The position numbers and the translations under genes were made by a program. The notes below the pieces were generated by a model. It had not been told where the DNA came from, made no database searches, and saw only the letters and a list, made by a program, of their open reading frames with translations. Below, one piece after another: positions 51,504 to 61,508 of a stretch of DNA of 64,000 nt (position 1 is its first letter; each line of letters starts with the position of its first letter). This DNA is from a virus. The stretch spans positions 1-64,000 of IMG/VR virus record IMGVR_UViG_3300036770_006511; one strand, written 5' to 3'.

Positions 51504-52229
51504 ATGAGAAAAAAACCATCTCCAACACCATCTTATATGGTACAAGAAAATCCTAAAACAAAAAAAGAGATTATTCAGTCAATTTTAAAGAAAAAGACCA
51601 AGGAAAAATTCTTATCTGAAAGTCAAAAAGAATATTACAAAAAATTGACTGACGCACAAATTACAATTTGTGCTGGTCCGGCAGGTGTTGGTAAAAGTTA
51701 TATCGCGATGAAGGCGGCTATCGATTTGTTGGTTGACCCGTCAACCCCTTACGAAAAAATTATAATTGTTCGTCCTGCGGTTGAAGCGGAGGAAAAGTTG
51801 GGTTCATTACCAGGTAATGTTGAAGAAAAATTAGACCCATACATTTTTCCCATGTATTACCTATTGAACAAGATTATAGGAAAAGATGCTCGTGAAAAAT
51901 TAAAGGAACTTGAGGTTATTGAAGTTTTTGCATTGGCATACATGAGAGGAATGAACATTGATAATTCCATTTTGATTTTTGAAGAGGCACAAAACTCAAC
52001 TCCAAATCAAATGAAACTATTACTTACCCGAATCGGGTTTAATTCGAAGTTTTTTATCTCAGGTGACTTAGAACAAACTGACAGATACAAAGACAAAACT
52101 CACTCAGGTTTATGGGATGCACTCAAGAGATTTCACTCTGTAGACACGATTCTTTGTCATGAATTTACTCAAAAAGATGTGGTTCGAAATCCACTTATAA
52201 CTAAAATATTGGAAAAATACGAAGAATGA
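51504..52229 (+). CDS. phoH: PhoH-family ATPase
   Basis: GPAGVGKS, RPAVE, LGSLPG, YMRG, EEAQN, LTRIG, GDLEQ. Confidence 0.93.
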   Translation: MRKKPSPTPSYMVQENPKTKKEIIQSILKKKTKEKFLSESQKEYYKKLTDAQITICAGPAGVGKSYIAMKAAIDLLVDPSTPYEKIIIVRPAVEAEEKLGSLPGNVEEKLDPYIFPMYYLLNKIIGKDAREKLKELEVIEVFALAYMRGMNIDNSILIFEEAQNSTPNQMKLLLTRIGFNSKFFISGDLEQTDRYKDKTHSGLWDALKRFHSVDTILCHEFTQKDVVRNPLITKILEKYEE

Positions 52230-52825
52230 AAATCGCAATTGAAGTAAATGGAGTCCTTCGAGACACTGTAAAAAAAATTGAACAGGTCTATGAGAAATTC
52301 TATGTTGAAAATATCTTGAATGAAAAGAGAGATTTCGAATATGGAGTAATTTCTCCAATTACTTCTTTGAAGATTCAAGACCACTTGAAATTCAAAGATG
52401 AGGATGAGGTTTATGATTTTCTCTACACAGAACATTGTATGGAAATATTTGGACACGCACCCTCGGTGGAATACAGTAGTTTTATAGACTTGAATGATTT
52501 TTATGTTGACATGAGAGATAATCACGAGATAATCATTATTTCTGATGAAATTGGTAAATCAAAACCTGCAACATTATTTTTCCTTTCAAAATTTGGTTGT
52601 CAAGTTGAAAAAATTATTTTCTATAACCAATTTACCTTGGAAAATGTTTGGGAAGAATTTGACCTTTTACTTACGGCAAATCCTGACTTATTATTAAATC
52701 ATCCTACAGATAAAAAAATTATTAAGTATAATACAAATTATAATACGGAAATAGTTAATTTACCAAATATTGATAACATCAAACAACTCAAAAATTTAAT
52801 AGAAAATGATACCAATTTGGAATGA
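52226..52825 (+). CDS. 5'(3')-deoxyribonucleotidase-like HAD protein with degenerate motif I
   Basis: KIAIEVNGVLRD, EIFGHA, YNTNYN. Confidence 0.55.
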   Translation: MKIAIEVNGVLRDTVKKIEQVYEKFYVENILNEKRDFEYGVISPITSLKIQDHLKFKDEDEVYDFLYTEHCMEIFGHAPSVEYSSFIDLNDFYVDMRDNHEIIIISDEIGKSKPATLFFLSKFGCQVEKIIFYNQFTLENVWEEFDLLLTANPDLLLNHPTDKKIIKYNTNYNTEIVNLPNIDNIKQLKNLIENDTNLE

Positions 52826-53084
52826 AAATTACTTCATCGACATGGACAAAATTGAGGATTATATCGATTTGTCAGCAATAATTAATGATGAACTTAGTGG
52901 AAGCACTAACGAACACAAAATCAACGTTGTCAAGTATGAGATGGTTAAGTTAATGCTTGAGGTCATAATGAGTGAACAGAATGAAGTCGATGAAAAACTT
53001 GGATTACAGAATTCAAATTTGTCACTTTCTTTCAGATTGGCATTTAACACACTGTTGAATAAAAAAATAATAACACATTACTAA
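52806..53084 (+). CDS. Hypothetical protein
   Basis: 92-aa ORF in the operon. Confidence 0.6.
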   Translation: MIPIWNENYFIDMDKIEDYIDLSAIINDELSGSTNEHKINVVKYEMVKLMLEVIMSEQNEVDEKLGLQNSNLSLSFRLAFNTLLNKKIITHY

Positions 53085-53087
53085 AAA

Positions 53088-54143
53088 ATGGACCAAGAAC
53101 AAATTGAAAAAGTAAAAAATTCAATTAGTAATCTACGAGAGAAAAAATCTAAATTATATTTTTTCATTCACGATACTAAAGGTAACGCCAAGGCCTCTAT
53201 AAAATACATTTATGATTTGGCATTAACTCTAAAGAGAAACGGATTCAATTCCATTATCCTACACGAAAAATCTGACTACACAGGTGTTACTTCTTGGCTT
53301 GGAGAACATTACATGACAGAAATCCCTCACTTGGTTATCGAGGGACAAAATGTAGAAATTGCTGCGGAAGATTTCCTTATCATTCCAGAAATATTTGGTT
53401 TCATGATGGACCAAGTCAAAAACCTACCCTGTGGTAAAGTTGTTTTGACTCAGTCGTATGCATATATGTTGGAAACACTTCAACCAGGTCAAACATGGAA
53501 TCAATACGGATTCTTTAAAACCATTACTACTTCAGAAACACAAAAAAATCAAATTTCCAAAGTAATGAGAAATCAAAGTTTTGATATCATCGAACCTTAT
53601 ATTTCCGACGTTTTCAAAAAAAGAGAACTACCACCCCTTCCAATCGTTGGAATTCACTCAAGAGAACAAGAAGATACTATCAATTTGATTAAGACATTCT
53701 ACTTGAGATTCCCCCAATACCGGTGGTTCACATTCCGTGATTTGAGAGGTCTATCTCAAGAGGAATTTGCAAACGCGATTTCGGAGTGTTTCGTTACTGT
53801 TTGGATGGACAGACAAAGTGGTTATGGAACATTCCCATTGGAATCGATGAAAGTTGGTAATCCTGTTATCGGACTGACACCTAACTTGGTACCCGAGTGG
53901 ATGAATGAAACCAATGGAATTTGGATTAAAGATGAACTTATACTTCCTGATGTCATTGCGGATTGGATACAGAATTGGTTGGAGGATAACATCTCTGAAG
54001 AAATGTACCAAAACATTCAAGAAACGGTGGACAAACTTCCCACCAAAGAACAATTCGAAAATAAAACCATAGAAATTTTCACAAGTTACTTAGAAACGAG
54101 AGCTGAATCTATGGAGGAACAAATTTCAAAATTTAGCGAATAA
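53088..54143 (+). CDS. GT-B-like putative glycosyltransferase
   Basis: DFLIIPE, GLSQEEFA, SGYGTFPLESM..GNPVIG. Confidence 0.7.
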   Translation: MDQEQIEKVKNSISNLREKKSKLYFFIHDTKGNAKASIKYIYDLALTLKRNGFNSIILHEKSDYTGVTSWLGEHYMTEIPHLVIEGQNVEIAAEDFLIIPEIFGFMMDQVKNLPCGKVVLTQSYAYMLETLQPGQTWNQYGFFKTITTSETQKNQISKVMRNQSFDIIEPYISDVFKKRELPPLPIVGIHSREQEDTINLIKTFYLRFPQYRWFTFRDLRGLSQEEFANAISECFVTVWMDRQSGYGTFPLESMKVGNPVIGLTPNLVPEWMNETNGIWIKDELILPDVIADWIQNWLEDNISEEMYQNIQETVDKLPTKEQFENKTIEIFTSYLETRAESMEEQISKFSE

Positions 54144-54145
54144 TT

Positions 54146-54952
54146 ATGAACAACGTATTAGACATTACCATTGTACTTCCAATCAAATCGGCGGTAACCC
54201 GTGATTTTGAAGATTACTTTGAAAAGGCAATTCAATCAATCAAAAACCAAAAAGTTGGTGTAAAAGAACTTTTGATTGTTGCAACTCAAGAGGAAAAACT
54301 CAACTCACACTTGGATTCTTTTGATTTTGGTGAAATTAATATAAGAAAGTTAATTTGGGATAAAGAACCCAATTTTGCTTCTCAAGTAAATTATGGAATC
54401 GAGAACGCAGACTCAAAGTGGGTTTCGATTTTTGAATTTGATGATGAATACGCAAACATTTGGTTTGATAATGTAAGAAAATACATGGAGTATTACCCAA
54501 TGGTTCAAGCGTTCCTTCCTGTTGTAGTTGATACGGATGAAAAAGGAACCTTTGCGGGATTTACCAATGAAGCGGTATTTGCAGCAAACTTCGCACAAGA
54601 AGTTGGTTATCTCACTAATGACATCCTACAAGATTATCAAAACTTCCAAACCGCAGGAATGGTTCTGAGAAAAGATGTTGTAGAAGAATTTGGAGGTTTC
54701 AAATCATCTATCAAGCTAACATTTGTTTATGAATTTTTGTTGAGACTCACTTATAACTCCACATCGATTATGACAATCCCAAGATTGGGTTACAAACACA
54801 CCAACATGAGAGAAGGTTCTCTGTTTTGGAATTACAAGTTTGGTCAAGAAAAAATGGTAGATGAGGAAGTCAAATTTTGGGTACAATCAGCAAAGAAAGA
54901 ATATTTCTTCAAAGAAGATAGAACCATAAAGTTCCAAACAACAAATGATTAA
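54146..54952 (+). CDS. GT2-like glycosyltransferase
   Basis: ITIVLPI, QVNYGI, FEFDDEY, EFGGFK, EFLLRL. Confidence 0.75.
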   Translation: MNNVLDITIVLPIKSAVTRDFEDYFEKAIQSIKNQKVGVKELLIVATQEEKLNSHLDSFDFGEINIRKLIWDKEPNFASQVNYGIENADSKWVSIFEFDDEYANIWFDNVRKYMEYYPMVQAFLPVVVDTDEKGTFAGFTNEAVFAANFAQEVGYLTNDILQDYQNFQTAGMVLRKDVVEEFGGFKSSIKLTFVYEFLLRLTYNSTSIMTIPRLGYKHTNMREGSLFWNYKFGQEKMVDEEVKFWVQSAKKEYFFKEDRTIKFQTTND

Positions 54953-54954
54953 TT

Positions 54955-55698
54955 TTGGAAACATTAACGGCAATTACCGAAGATGTTTCATCAAAAAAAA
55001 GGGGGAGGAAAGCTACCACTACCAACTATTTTGATGTTAGAGAGGAAGAGGCCGTAAAGGCCTTCCTTCTAGCGGAATCTTATGAGGAAAAAAATCAGAT
55101 TTACAACGAATTTCTGAGAGCCCCTTTGGACAAGATGATATCTTCGATAATTCGGAGATATAAATTGTACCGTAAAGACATGGATTTCCGTGAAATTCAT
55201 GTTGATACACACTCTTTTTTGATGACAAAGGTGGACAAATTCAAACCAGCAAAGAACAAAAAGGCTTACTCGTATTTTGGTACAATTTGTAAAAACTACT
55301 TGATGGGTCAAATCATCAAAGACCAAAAGGATACCAATAGAAAAGTTTCTTATGAAGATATCTCGGTTTCTTTGGAACAAAGACCTGATATGATTTATAC
55401 CATTGATAATGATGTTTTAGACATGGAGGTAGTAATTCAACGTTACCTCTCAGACCTTAAAGACTATATCAATAATGAGAATCTCACCGAAAACGAAGTC
55501 AAGTTAGGTTATGCCCTTGTCGATTTATTTGAAAACTACGAAAGTATCTTTGCTAGTACCGACAACAACAAATTTAACAAAAATATTATACTTTTATCAC
55601 TGAGGGAGATGACTAATCTATCTACCAAAGAGATAAGAAACTCAATGAAGAAGTTCAAAAAGTTGTATACGGTTTTACAAACCAAAATGAAATATTAA
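54955..55698 (+). CDS. Phage sigma factor (gp55-like, putative late sigma)
   Basis: KFKPAKNKKAYSYFGTICKNYL resembles sigma region 2 of gp55-type factors (F...K....AYFT.I..N). Confidence 0.7.
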   Translation: METLTAITEDVSSKKRGRKATTTNYFDVREEEAVKAFLLAESYEEKNQIYNEFLRAPLDKMISSIIRRYKLYRKDMDFREIHVDTHSFLMTKVDKFKPAKNKKAYSYFGTICKNYLMGQIIKDQKDTNRKVSYEDISVSLEQRPDMIYTIDNDVLDMEVVIQRYLSDLKDYINNENLTENEVKLGYALVDLFENYESIFASTDNNKFNKNIILLSLREMTNLSTKEIRNSMKKFKKLYTVLQTKMKY

Positions 55699-55733
55699 CT
55701 TTTCACTTTTTTTATTGATATTTTAATTAATAC

Positions 55734-55741
55734 TATTTATA
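55734..55741 (+). promoter_or_regulatory. TATTTATA putative late promoter
   Basis: 3 nt before ATG 55745. Confidence 0.6.
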
Positions 55742-55744
55742 AGT

Positions 55745-56110
55745 ATGCCACGTCCACAACGCAAAGAAATCAAATTTTCCAAGGACTCAATTTTGTCCTT
55801 GATGCAAGAAATCTACAACGAACTTGTAGAACAAAGAAATACTGCCATCAGGATTCAAAATAAAATGATATCAATGATGAAAGACCCCGACGATATGAAG
55901 GAAATCGGGCCTGTATTGGAAAAACAACAAAAAATTATAAACGATTGTGTTGAGAAAAAATTGAGTCTTTCACGTCTCCAAAGTTCAATTTGGGAAAAAA
56001 CAACAAACCAAGAGGAGTCTTTTTCTTTAACTGATATGGATGACGAATTGTTTGAAAAACTTTTGGATAAAGATTCTGATGTGACGGACGACCCAACATA
56101 TAGAATGTAA
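55745..56110 (+). CDS. Hypothetical coiled-coil protein
   Basis: 121-aa helical ORF. Confidence 0.6.
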   Translation: MPRPQRKEIKFSKDSILSLMQEIYNELVEQRNTAIRIQNKMISMMKDPDDMKEIGPVLEKQQKIINDCVEKKLSLSRLQSSIWEKTTNQEESFSLTDMDDELFEKLLDKDSDVTDDPTYRM

Positions 56111-56115
56111 GTCCA

Positions 56116-58272
56116 ATGCCAATATTCAGTAACCAATCAGTAGACGTTGCGGGGGGATTCGAAGAGATTTCCGCACGAATTTCTGCATTACAGGCATACA
56201 ACGAAGCAAGACTAACTCAAAGTGAAAGTGAAAAAAACAGGGGTGACAGTTTAACTCGTTCACTCCAAATTCTCGCAGGTCAAAAATCCTCAGTAGAGGC
56301 CAACCAAAGTAGGGACAAACGAAACCAAGAAACTTCATTTGATAAGATGATATCTCTTATCAATCAAAGTAGTATTGGTGGGACTGGATTTACAAACACA
56401 AACGCGTTAATACGTAAAAATCTATTGGAGCTCGTCTTTAAAATGAAAGACGAAATTAAAACAATTATCACTGAAGAAGCATTTAGAGTTCTAAATTGTT
56501 CTCAACAAGAAACTTATCAAGGTCTCTCTACAACACAACTTCAAAATATTCCCTCCCTATCCTTATTACCTCAACAGGACGGAATTTATGTTAAGGTAAG
56601 TGATATAGATTTCAACAAATCACTAGTAATCAAACCCCAAACTCAAATCGGTAAGTTGTATTATGAGACGACAGGAATTACTTCTTTATCCGTTTATAAC
56701 AACTATGCGGGAAGGCAACCTTTTCCTATGAATTTTGAGTTGAATCAAAGGATTCAACAACAAAATTCTACATTTAGAGATGAGTATTCAACTTATTATA
56801 ACGGACGTAGCCGTCAAGGAATCTTTGACATCGAATATACAACCCAAAATGGTGTTGGTGCCTCAGGAGACTACTTCAGAGTTTTCTTACTGGACAGGGA
56901 AGGGACACCACCACCAACCACGGGTGGAACTATAAGTACATTAAAGTATTCTGCAAACACCATCGCGGATGCACTTGGAGATTATTATCAGTCAATCGAA
57001 GTATACAACTCCAAGGTGTTTTTGGGTAATTTACTTAACCTTATTTCGGGTACATTATCCGGCTCAGTTTCAATAACTCAAATAGAGGCTCAAAATAGAT
57101 TTATAACAATCCTTAATCGTATCATAGGTCGATGTGAGCCTGGTCAAAGCGAAATCGATGTCTCGGGTGTTGCCAAATTATCAGAGTTAGATATCGATGA
57201 CAATGAATTTTTCACCTTTACCGAAACTGAACTCAATGATATAAATGTTGAGTCAAACAACCAAAAACAAGGAGTTGTAGAATATGTAGATTGTGACAAC
57301 GTTAAGTTACCCGTAAATAATGAAATTCTAATTCAACAATCCCAAAACTTGGCGGACAACATTGATAATCTTACCGTTGAACAACAATTAGAAGAAATTG
57401 AAAGAATACTCGATTCGATTCCTCAAGCATGGTCTCAACAAGGAATTGGAATTGGTTTTGACACACAAAACCCCTTTAATCAAAGTATTTTCAAAAAAAT
57501 CTTGTTGGCTCTATTTGCGTCTATTTTTACCCCCAAGGTTTTACTTCCGATTTTCACGTTCAAGGAATATCTTAACAATCAAATCGTTGGTTTTGCGAAC
57601 ACACTCATTACTTCTGGTAATACTCTTATTTCTTCGGCAAACACCCTCATCAACTCTGCAAGTACTCTAAACAATATCATTAACTCTCAAATCAACACGG
57701 GAGTAGATTTTATCAGAGAATATAAAAAGTTTGTTTTCAGAGTTGTGGGTAGAATTATGAACAGATTTTTGGAGTTGTTGTTTAATATGTTGAAGAAAAA
57801 TCTTCTCAGACTTCTTCGTGAAATTTTAAGGGACATTGCACGAACAAGTAAAAGTGCCAAACTCAAAGCCATAAACGCCATATTAGATTATGCACAACCC
57901 TTAGTACAAGGGTTTCTGAATTACAGAGAGTGTAAGTCACTTATTCAACAAATACAAAGAATAATTCAGTTACTAAGAGGTACACCACGACTACCACCAA
58001 GTCCATTTCCTAATCCAATTTTGGTACTTTCAGAGTTTTTACCTGGTGTAAGTCCCGAAAGGGGGGTGCTGAACATTGTAGAATATATGCAAGCCTACGG
58101 ATTACGTACGGGTACGTTACCCGACGGGTCACCCAATAGAATTGTAAGATTAGTAACTGCAATCGAAAAGGGGGGTTATGACGAGTTTGTTCAAAATGGT
58201 AAAGTCGAAGGTACGGCATTTGTTCCACCTTTAACTGGTGGATTAATAAAAGTATTTGCAAAAGGTAGATAA
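56116..58272 (+). CDS. Large putative structural (baseplate-region) protein
   Basis: 718 aa, upstream of spike gene; 7-aa repeat NTLITSG/NTLISSA/NTLINSA. Confidence 0.5.
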   Translation: MPIFSNQSVDVAGGFEEISARISALQAYNEARLTQSESEKNRGDSLTRSLQILAGQKSSVEANQSRDKRNQETSFDKMISLINQSSIGGTGFTNTNALIRKNLLELVFKMKDEIKTIITEEAFRVLNCSQQETYQGLSTTQLQNIPSLSLLPQQDGIYVKVSDIDFNKSLVIKPQTQIGKLYYETTGITSLSVYNNYAGRQPFPMNFELNQRIQQQNSTFRDEYSTYYNGRSRQGIFDIEYTTQNGVGASGDYFRVFLLDREGTPPPTTGGTISTLKYSANTIADALGDYYQSIEVYNSKVFLGNLLNLISGTLSGSVSITQIEAQNRFITILNRIIGRCEPGQSEIDVSGVAKLSELDIDDNEFFTFTETELNDINVESNNQKQGVVEYVDCDNVKLPVNNEILIQQSQNLADNIDNLTVEQQLEEIERILDSIPQAWSQQGIGIGFDTQNPFNQSIFKKILLALFASIFTPKVLLPIFTFKEYLNNQIVGFANTLITSGNTLISSANTLINSASTLNNIINSQINTGVDFIREYKKFVFRVVGRIMNRFLELLFNMLKKNLLRLLREILRDIARTSKSAKLKAINAILDYAQPLVQGFLNYRECKSLIQQIQRIIQLLRGTPRLPPSPFPNPILVLSEFLPGVSPERGVLNIVEYMQAYGLRTGTLPDGSPNRIVRLVTAIEKGGYDEFVQNGKVEGTAFVPPLTGGLIKVFAKGR

Positions 58273-58273
58273 G

Positions 58274-58483
58274 ATGACTCAAGAAGAATTTAAAGTATTA
58301 ATGGAGGTTGCTAAAGATGTGAAAAATGTCCCCAATAATCGTTTGGAACAAACTATGGACCAATTAGCCACGGAATTCGAAACAACAAAACAAAATATTT
58401 TGGGTCTGAGTTTTTACTTAGACAAAATCGAAGAATTGTATAATAAAATATTGAAAGAATACCAAGAGAGAAATGGCGAGTAG
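58274..58483 (+). CDS. Small coiled-coil protein
   Basis: ATG at 58274 in frame with the track ORF. Confidence 0.6.
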   Translation: MTQEEFKVLMEVAKDVKNVPNNRLEQTMDQLATEFETTKQNILGLSFYLDKIEELYNKILKEYQERNGE

Positions 58484-59972
58484 AATTTGGTTTTATGCGG
58501 TTGTAATTGATAACCAAGACCCTTTAAACTTGGGTAGGGTTAGAGCAAATTTGCTTACAGACGATATCAAAGCAATTCAAAAGAGTTACGATGGATTTGG
58601 TCCTCAAGATTATTGGACTGAAAGAGACCCCTTCATTTTTAATTCTTTGTTACCTCTATACGTTTGGTCTGTTCCGAAAGTAGACGAATTGGTTCAGATT
58701 TACTATCACGAACCCGATAACACACAGTTTCTCAACGCATATTACATACAGGGTCCATTTAATCGAATTCAAAACATTGTACAAGAGAATTACAATGAGT
58801 CTCAAAAGTTTACCGATATTTCGGGTGTCCAAATCTTGGGTGCAAACAACCTCAGAAACCCCGACGGTACTTACAAGAATCCTGACCCTGATGGTGTGTT
58901 CCCTGAACCAGGTGATGTAGGTGTTTTGGGTAGAGGTAGTACAGATTTAATTTTAAAAGAAGACACTACTCTTCTTCGTGCCGGAAAATACAATGGTGAC
59001 TTAATTGCCAATCGAGACCCCAAAGGGAATAAGAACAGAGCGTTTGTCCAACTTAGTAAATTTCAAAATAAAACCTCAATTGGAAACACAACACGTCAAG
59101 CAGAGGTCAAGGTTGAAAACTTACAAGTCAATTACCTAATTGAGTATGACGTGACAAACCCTGAAAATGGGTTCAACTTATTCAATGGAACGGTTAGGTT
59201 ATTTAAATTGTTACCCAACTCAGCCACAACCTCACAAAATCTGAAGGTCGATTCAGACATTGAACAATTCAAATTCATCAGGGCAACTCAAGACTTTTCA
59301 CAATTAAGTTTGGATGGTGTTGTTAATTTTATAAACACATTCATAAGGGATTGTAATAGTAAATTAAAAACTCCAACAGGGGTGGTTCTATTCAACGTTC
59401 TCGATGAAAGGTTCCCCATATACTTCCGACCTACCAATATCTTCTACAACACGATGAAAACCACCTCACAGAACGTGGTAAGACAGAACTTAACAGGTGT
59501 GTTTTCTAAAATCAAACTTTTACCCACGGATAAAGTCGGAGGTTATGGATTGATTTACCAAGAAAATAAAGTTGGTGAGCCAATTAAATTTATCCCGAGA
59601 AGTTTCAGAAAAATAGAAACCAATTCACTTCCTGAGACCTACGCCGCAATGGGTGGACAACATGTCTATCTATTATCTCAATTATCACAAATCCCTGGAA
59701 AATCAAAAATCAATTTTGACAATAGTCTTTACGGGATTGATGAACAAACCTTTGCTCTCCAAATAGAACCCAACACATCAAGTGCTGTCAGGGGTGAAGA
59801 ACTTCTTGAGTTGTTAAATATAATTGTAAGGTTCTTGGTTTCTCACACCCACGGGTTCCCAGGTGAACCCCCCATTCCCGTGACGGAGGACGGTTCGAGT
59901 GTTGCGAATTTGATTCAAGAACTCAATGACGCATATAATAAGGTACTTAATCAATATATTCGATTGAATTGA
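58473..59972 (+). CDS. Baseplate hub/central spike (gp5/gpV/VgrG-like)
   Basis: OB-fold start AVVIDNQDPLNLGRVRA, VPKVDELVQI; C-terminal VRGEEL..SHTH metal-binding tip motif. Confidence 0.75.
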   Translation: MASRIWFYAVVIDNQDPLNLGRVRANLLTDDIKAIQKSYDGFGPQDYWTERDPFIFNSLLPLYVWSVPKVDELVQIYYHEPDNTQFLNAYYIQGPFNRIQNIVQENYNESQKFTDISGVQILGANNLRNPDGTYKNPDPDGVFPEPGDVGVLGRGSTDLILKEDTTLLRAGKYNGDLIANRDPKGNKNRAFVQLSKFQNKTSIGNTTRQAEVKVENLQVNYLIEYDVTNPENGFNLFNGTVRLFKLLPNSATTSQNLKVDSDIEQFKFIRATQDFSQLSLDGVVNFINTFIRDCNSKLKTPTGVVLFNVLDERFPIYFRPTNIFYNTMKTTSQNVVRQNLTGVFSKIKLLPTDKVGGYGLIYQENKVGEPIKFIPRSFRKIETNSLPETYAAMGGQHVYLLSQLSQIPGKSKINFDNSLYGIDEQTFALQIEPNTSSAVRGEELLELLNIIVRFLVSHTHGFPGEPPIPVTEDGSSVANLIQELNDAYNKVLNQYIRLN

Positions 59973-59980
59973 TATTTATA
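59973..59980 (+). promoter_or_regulatory. TATTTATA putative late promoter
   Basis: 13 nt before ATG 59994; another copy at 61463-61470 precedes 61505. Confidence 0.6.
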
Positions 59981-59993
59981 AAGAAAAAGTATA

Positions 59994-61508
59994 ATGTCAA
60001 TTTATCGGTCGTATTTTAGTAGGAACAATACTTTATTATCAAATCTCTATACAAATACTGCAAGAAACCCTGTAGTACAACTTAACTTTGGTAGTTCTGA
60101 TTTAGTAGTACCCAACTTTGGGTTCACCCGTTTTATTTTTGACTTGGACCTTGATGGTCTCAGAGAAATGATTGCCGAAAAGGTTATCTCCACAGGTTGT
60201 ACCACAGGGATGACTCATACTCTTATGATGACCAATACTTCATCGTTTGATGATGAACTTCTTAACACCAATATGAGTGATGGAAGAAAAAGAGCAACAT
60301 CATTTGATTTAATACTTTTTAGAATACCAAAGTTTTCAGGAGATACAGGAACACCACAAATTTGGGATGAGGGTGTTGGATACGATTATAACGACTTCGG
60401 TACAACACAAAATGGAATTTCAGGACAACAGTCATCCATAGAACAATTAAATAACAAGAGTTTTTCATTAAGACCATCAAACTGGTACCAAACAACAACC
60501 GTTACAAATTGGTCAGAGCCGGGAATTTACAACAACAAAAATATCCTCACAGGTTTAACAGGTCTTAACTATTCATCCCTCACCATCGTAGACGAACAAC
60601 ACTTCGAACTTGGTAACGAGGACATCCAATTTGATATGACCAATGAAATAAATGGTATATTAGATGGAACTATAACAGGTGTTACTGGATGGGGGGTTGC
60701 ATATAAACCCGATATTGAAAACATCACAGGACTTACAGAATCATACTCAGTAGGGTTTTTTGGAAAATACACTCAGACATTTTACCAACCATATCTCCTT
60801 ACAGATTACAACGACTTAATACAAGACGACAGAAACCTGTTCCTTAAAAACCAAACCAATAAGTTATATCTCTATGTGTATCAGAACGGAGATTTTGCTA
60901 ACTTGGATAACTTACCTGGTGTAAACATTGAAGACCAAAATGGTGAGGTCGTAACGGGGGGGAGTGGATTGACAACCTGTCAAGTTACAAAAGGTGTGTA
61001 TGAAGTTACGGTTCCCAATATTTTTGTGAATCAACCAGTACCTTGTTTATTCTATGATGTATGGACAGGACTTACCATCAATGGACAGTCTCTACCCAAT
61101 GTTACCAATCAATTTGTTTTACAACAATACAGTGCGGGTATACAAATAGGTAGTCAATCTAAAGAGCCGAGTAAATACGGATACAGTTTCTACGGTATTC
61201 TACAAAATGAAAAGATTTTGAATACTGAAATCCGTAAGATTGGTGTTGTTGCCAAGAAACAATGGACATCTCAACATCAATTAGAAAACATCGACATATA
61301 CTATCGTGTGTATGTAAGGGAAGGTACCACTGAAGTTCAAGTACAGAACTGGACACCAGTAAACCGAACTCCGAACGAGTATTACTTCATTTTTGATATG
61401 AGAGACAAAATTCCTAATGAGTACTTTGTCGATATCAGAGTGAATACAAGTGGTGAGAAAGATATTTATAAAGACACAATTCAATTCCAAATTGTTAACA
61501 AGAAATGA
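59994..61508 (+). CDS. Putative structural (baseplate/tail) protein
   Basis: Beta-rich, follows spike gene, late motif. Confidence 0.55.
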   Translation: MSIYRSYFSRNNTLLSNLYTNTARNPVVQLNFGSSDLVVPNFGFTRFIFDLDLDGLREMIAEKVISTGCTTGMTHTLMMTNTSSFDDELLNTNMSDGRKRATSFDLILFRIPKFSGDTGTPQIWDEGVGYDYNDFGTTQNGISGQQSSIEQLNNKSFSLRPSNWYQTTTVTNWSEPGIYNNKNILTGLTGLNYSSLTIVDEQHFELGNEDIQFDMTNEINGILDGTITGVTGWGVAYKPDIENITGLTESYSVGFFGKYTQTFYQPYLLTDYNDLIQDDRNLFLKNQTNKLYLYVYQNGDFANLDNLPGVNIEDQNGEVVTGGSGLTTCQVTKGVYEVTVPNIFVNQPVPCLFYDVWTGLTINGQSLPNVTNQFVLQQYSAGIQIGSQSKEPSKYGYSFYGILQNEKILNTEIRKIGVVAKKQWTSQHQLENIDIYYRVYVREGTTEVQVQNWTPVNRTPNEYYFIFDMRDKIPNEYFVDIRVNTSGEKDIYKDTIQFQIVNKK

